The position numbers and the translations under genes were made by a program. The notes beneath the pieces were generated by a model. It had not been told where the DNA came from. It did not search any database and saw only the letters and a program-made list of their open reading frames with translations. DNA of 62,867 nucleotides, filler included, from Lenisia limosa (lineage: Eukaryota > Protista > Breviatea): assembly GCA_001655205.1 (NCBI GenBank). It is 18 parts of 18 records of this genome, joined end to end, with 100 filler letters (N's around TTAATTAATTAA, not from the genome) between each part and the next. Parts side by side here need not be neighbours in the genome. Positions count along the whole stretch, not along the records: positions 57,610 to 62,867 come from LPNZ01001646.1; 17 more parts are not named here. One strand, written 5' to 3'. This document shows, one piece after another, positions 60,040 to 62,867 of this stretch; position 1 is the stretch's first letter, and each line of letters begins with the position of its first letter.

Positions 60040-62610
60040 ATGGCCGATTCACTCACCAAAAAGGCCATTTCTTTCCCGTTCCTTCATCTCCAGTTCCCTT
60101 TCAATTATCAATATATTTTTTACTGGATATCAAATACATATGATATTGACATCGCAATTGATATTAGAATTTTACCAAATTGGGAATCAGAAGCAGTAAA
60201 AAAGGTAGTGACAACGACATTAGCATCTCCAACTCAACAATAGCTTTCCTTTATCAAAATATCTATACCCTCCTCTTTTCATGAGTCTTTCGCGCATAAC
60301 CTTTAATACATTGTAATATATGATATGATGTACACATCTTGCATTAAAGTTTCTATTGAATCCAGGATCTTAAAACCACCACCTTATAATAGATACCTCA
60401 CATTGTATTTTGTTGTGTGTTTCAGTTCTTCAGAATGAATTTTTTGTGAATCTTCAGATGGTGTTACTTGCTTCCAATGGTGTCCTTCCGTTTCAAACCA
60501 ATTGTCTTTAATAACTGGGGATAATACAGGAAAACTCAAGGTAGGTATTTATTAGTTTAATTGTTATTTTAATATCTGCACTCCTGCAACTATCATCAAT
60601 GAGATTTTGTCTTCTATTTTTTTTTATAGAATAATAAGCTGGAAATATATTTTGGAAGGATACTTGGAACAGAAAGGTTGCGTCCTGAAAAGGTTCAGAG
60701 AGATACACTCACATGTTACAGTTTTTGGAGTATGTCATCAAGAATCACCTCATCTTGATCATCTAAACGGTCAGATACATCATAGAGTAACCACAGCAAA
60801 TATGTTGTAAAATGAGAATGGCTAAAATCAATACCTAGAATAACATTTTCATATTTCTCTGACACTGCAGACGGTTGTGATCTGTCTACTGTGATGTCAG
60901 ACTCTATATTTCATGATGTAGTCCACCACAAACCGGGTGACCTTCGTCTTCAGCCTTTGCTCTTTACACTCAACCAAATACGCGTGGAGAAGGAGGAGCA
61001 GCCTTTTACCACAAGGGAGGGCATGTACAAGGCCCTTGGCAGTGAGGATATCTGAATGCACCAGAGGGGTGTGAAGAAAGTTAAGATCAATGAGGAGACA
61101 AGGCAAGGCTTACTGTTGTGGAAGGAAATGCTGGGCGACCCTGGCAGGAGGTGATGATACCGCCAGCTATGCTATGCCTGACAAGATTACGGATGAAGGT
61201 GAGGAAAATACACTTGGTTATACATTATTATCAGATGATGTGAAATTGTAGGAACAGCGTTATTCTGCACGAAGGCGTCGGATGCTGCAATGAGTGGGTA
61301 AAAACCACACAACCAAGGAGTGGTTCAGGGAAAAGATATCGGCTATGTGGTGCAAAGTTAACTGAATAGAATAGTATGCACCATCTGTCTTACATCAATA
61401 CCCTGAACAAACGTTTCGGCTGACACAGCCAGCAGGGAAGGAGATCTGACTGGAAGAAGAAGACAGGTGTAGTCTAGCCTCCTTGAAATGTATAGAATGT
61501 TTAAAAAAAAAANNNNNNNNNNNNNNNNNNNNNNNNNNNNNNNNNNNNNNNNNNNNNNNNNNNNNNNNNNNNNNNNNNNNNNNNNNNNNNNNNAAAAAAG
61601 ACCCTCATGAACTTTGGGAAACGAGAGAAGAAATTGGAGAACGTGGTACAACAACTCAGAGCAAGCAATGTTAGAAATTCGGGAAAATTATAATAATTAT
61701 TCGGTAGCTTCATGACAACGACTCCGGGGCCTTCGCGCTTGTGGATGCCACTGCCCATCAGCACAAGGATGACGGAGGTATCAGCCTTGACCAGCTCAAG
61801 GAAATGCTGTGCGCTGTGCACGTGATGAGATCCATGCGAAAAGACATATACCAAATGCCCTCAAAGCGCATCAATAGGTTAGCTGATAGTTGAGTAAACA
61901 TTTTTTTTTTGAGATTGGTCTAACAATGACTGGGCAAAAAGGTCGTGAATTACTGACAATGCACCATAACGAAGCTTGTGCAGCTGTGCAATATGGTTGT
62001 TTTTATGAGATAAAACGAAACTAACCTACTAGTGAGACGTCCGCCTCACTGAGTTGATGAAAGGTATTCCCCTGCACCTCAAGGGTGTCCACACCACCGC
62101 ACTTTGTGAGCAACACGGCTGCGCCACCAAGACGGAGGAAAATGACGCCGGGTTTACTGTCTTTGCGATTCCATTTCAATTAAAAAAAATGAGGCATATG
62201 TTCACGCAGGTTAATAATAAAGCCCATGTTAATAGTGTGGCCGTGGCCAAAGAGAGCGATAACTGTGGTATGGGTCCACTTCTAATTGAGTTATTAGTGC
62301 ACCGTTATCATATTACAAATGGAACGCGTACTATTGCTGCTGTTATGGGTTGTCATTTATGCATTTAACAGGTATGGAATTTGATATTTATTACGGTAGG
62401 TTGAGTGAGGGCTGAAGCAATGTGAGGGGGGGGGGTGCAGTATAAGATAATTTCAACATACATATCGATACTAATATTTGTAGCTACAAGAAGTCAGATG
62501 CGGACACCGGAAGACGGATCAAGCTGAGCCTCAAGACTGAGTACATCTTCACAGTCAACCTTCGACGATGGCAAACCCCACGGCCTCCCACCTTGCAGAG
62601 TATGACTTGT
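60040..62610 (+). CDS. Unknown multi-exon protein with at least one WD40-like repeat
   Basis: Exon GVTCFQWCPSVSNQLSLITGDNTGKLK is WD40-like. Exons at 60871-61862 join in phase (DGCDLSTVMSDSIFHDVVHH...|KAYCCGRKCWATL...|TLMNFGKREKKLENVV...). Ends are uncertain. Confidence 0.45.
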
Positions 62611-62867
62611 TGCTTCTCACCCTTTCTTCCTTTCGCTCAATTTGATCAAAATTCGTTTTTCAGAACTGAGGATTTTCAAAAGTGTTGTGTTTTCTTTTAT
62701 TATGTTGGATGAAGATTTCACACAATTAAACTAAACTTCATCTTCCCGTTCATTAAAATGACCCTTCGTGATAATTCCGCAAAGCAGTTTTTCATATAAA
62801 ACAGTCCAATGAAAATTTTTGAAACTTGCCAAGAATGTGACTATCCGAGGTATATGAGGCTACATTG

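Overview
This is intron-rich eukaryotic genomic DNA, not a prokaryotic locus. The window concatenates about 18 short scaffolds joined by an artificial 100-nt linker (44 N + TTAATTAATTAA + 44 N), so genes on either side of a linker are not true neighbours. Genes were reconstructed by hand from GT-AG exons. Recognisable ones are AVL9-like, eIF3i, an EH-domain/coiled-coil protein, FAM184-like, PEX1, DEX1-like FG-GAP, a myosin motor fragment, a complete TerD-family gene, LIM and PDZ proteins, Hydin, a large GLUG-like/sushi/ephrin-receptor-like surface protein, and tRNA-Leu(AAG). Together they suggest a flagellated, peroxisome-bearing protist using the standard code; the lineage cannot be fixed from this window. 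The most striking signal is non-coding. A roughly 250-300 bp repeat with variable 5' ends and a C-run tail sits at the 3' end of introns in about ten unrelated genes, almost always co-oriented with transcription and often ending at the acceptor AG. Many introns also open with G-runs and close with C-runs. Several MITE families are present: hAT-type with 8-bp TSDs, and Tc1/pogo-type with TA flanks whose TIR matches the end of a decayed pogo-like transposase. All family assignments come from motif recall, not database searches, and gene spans and repeat ends are approximate.
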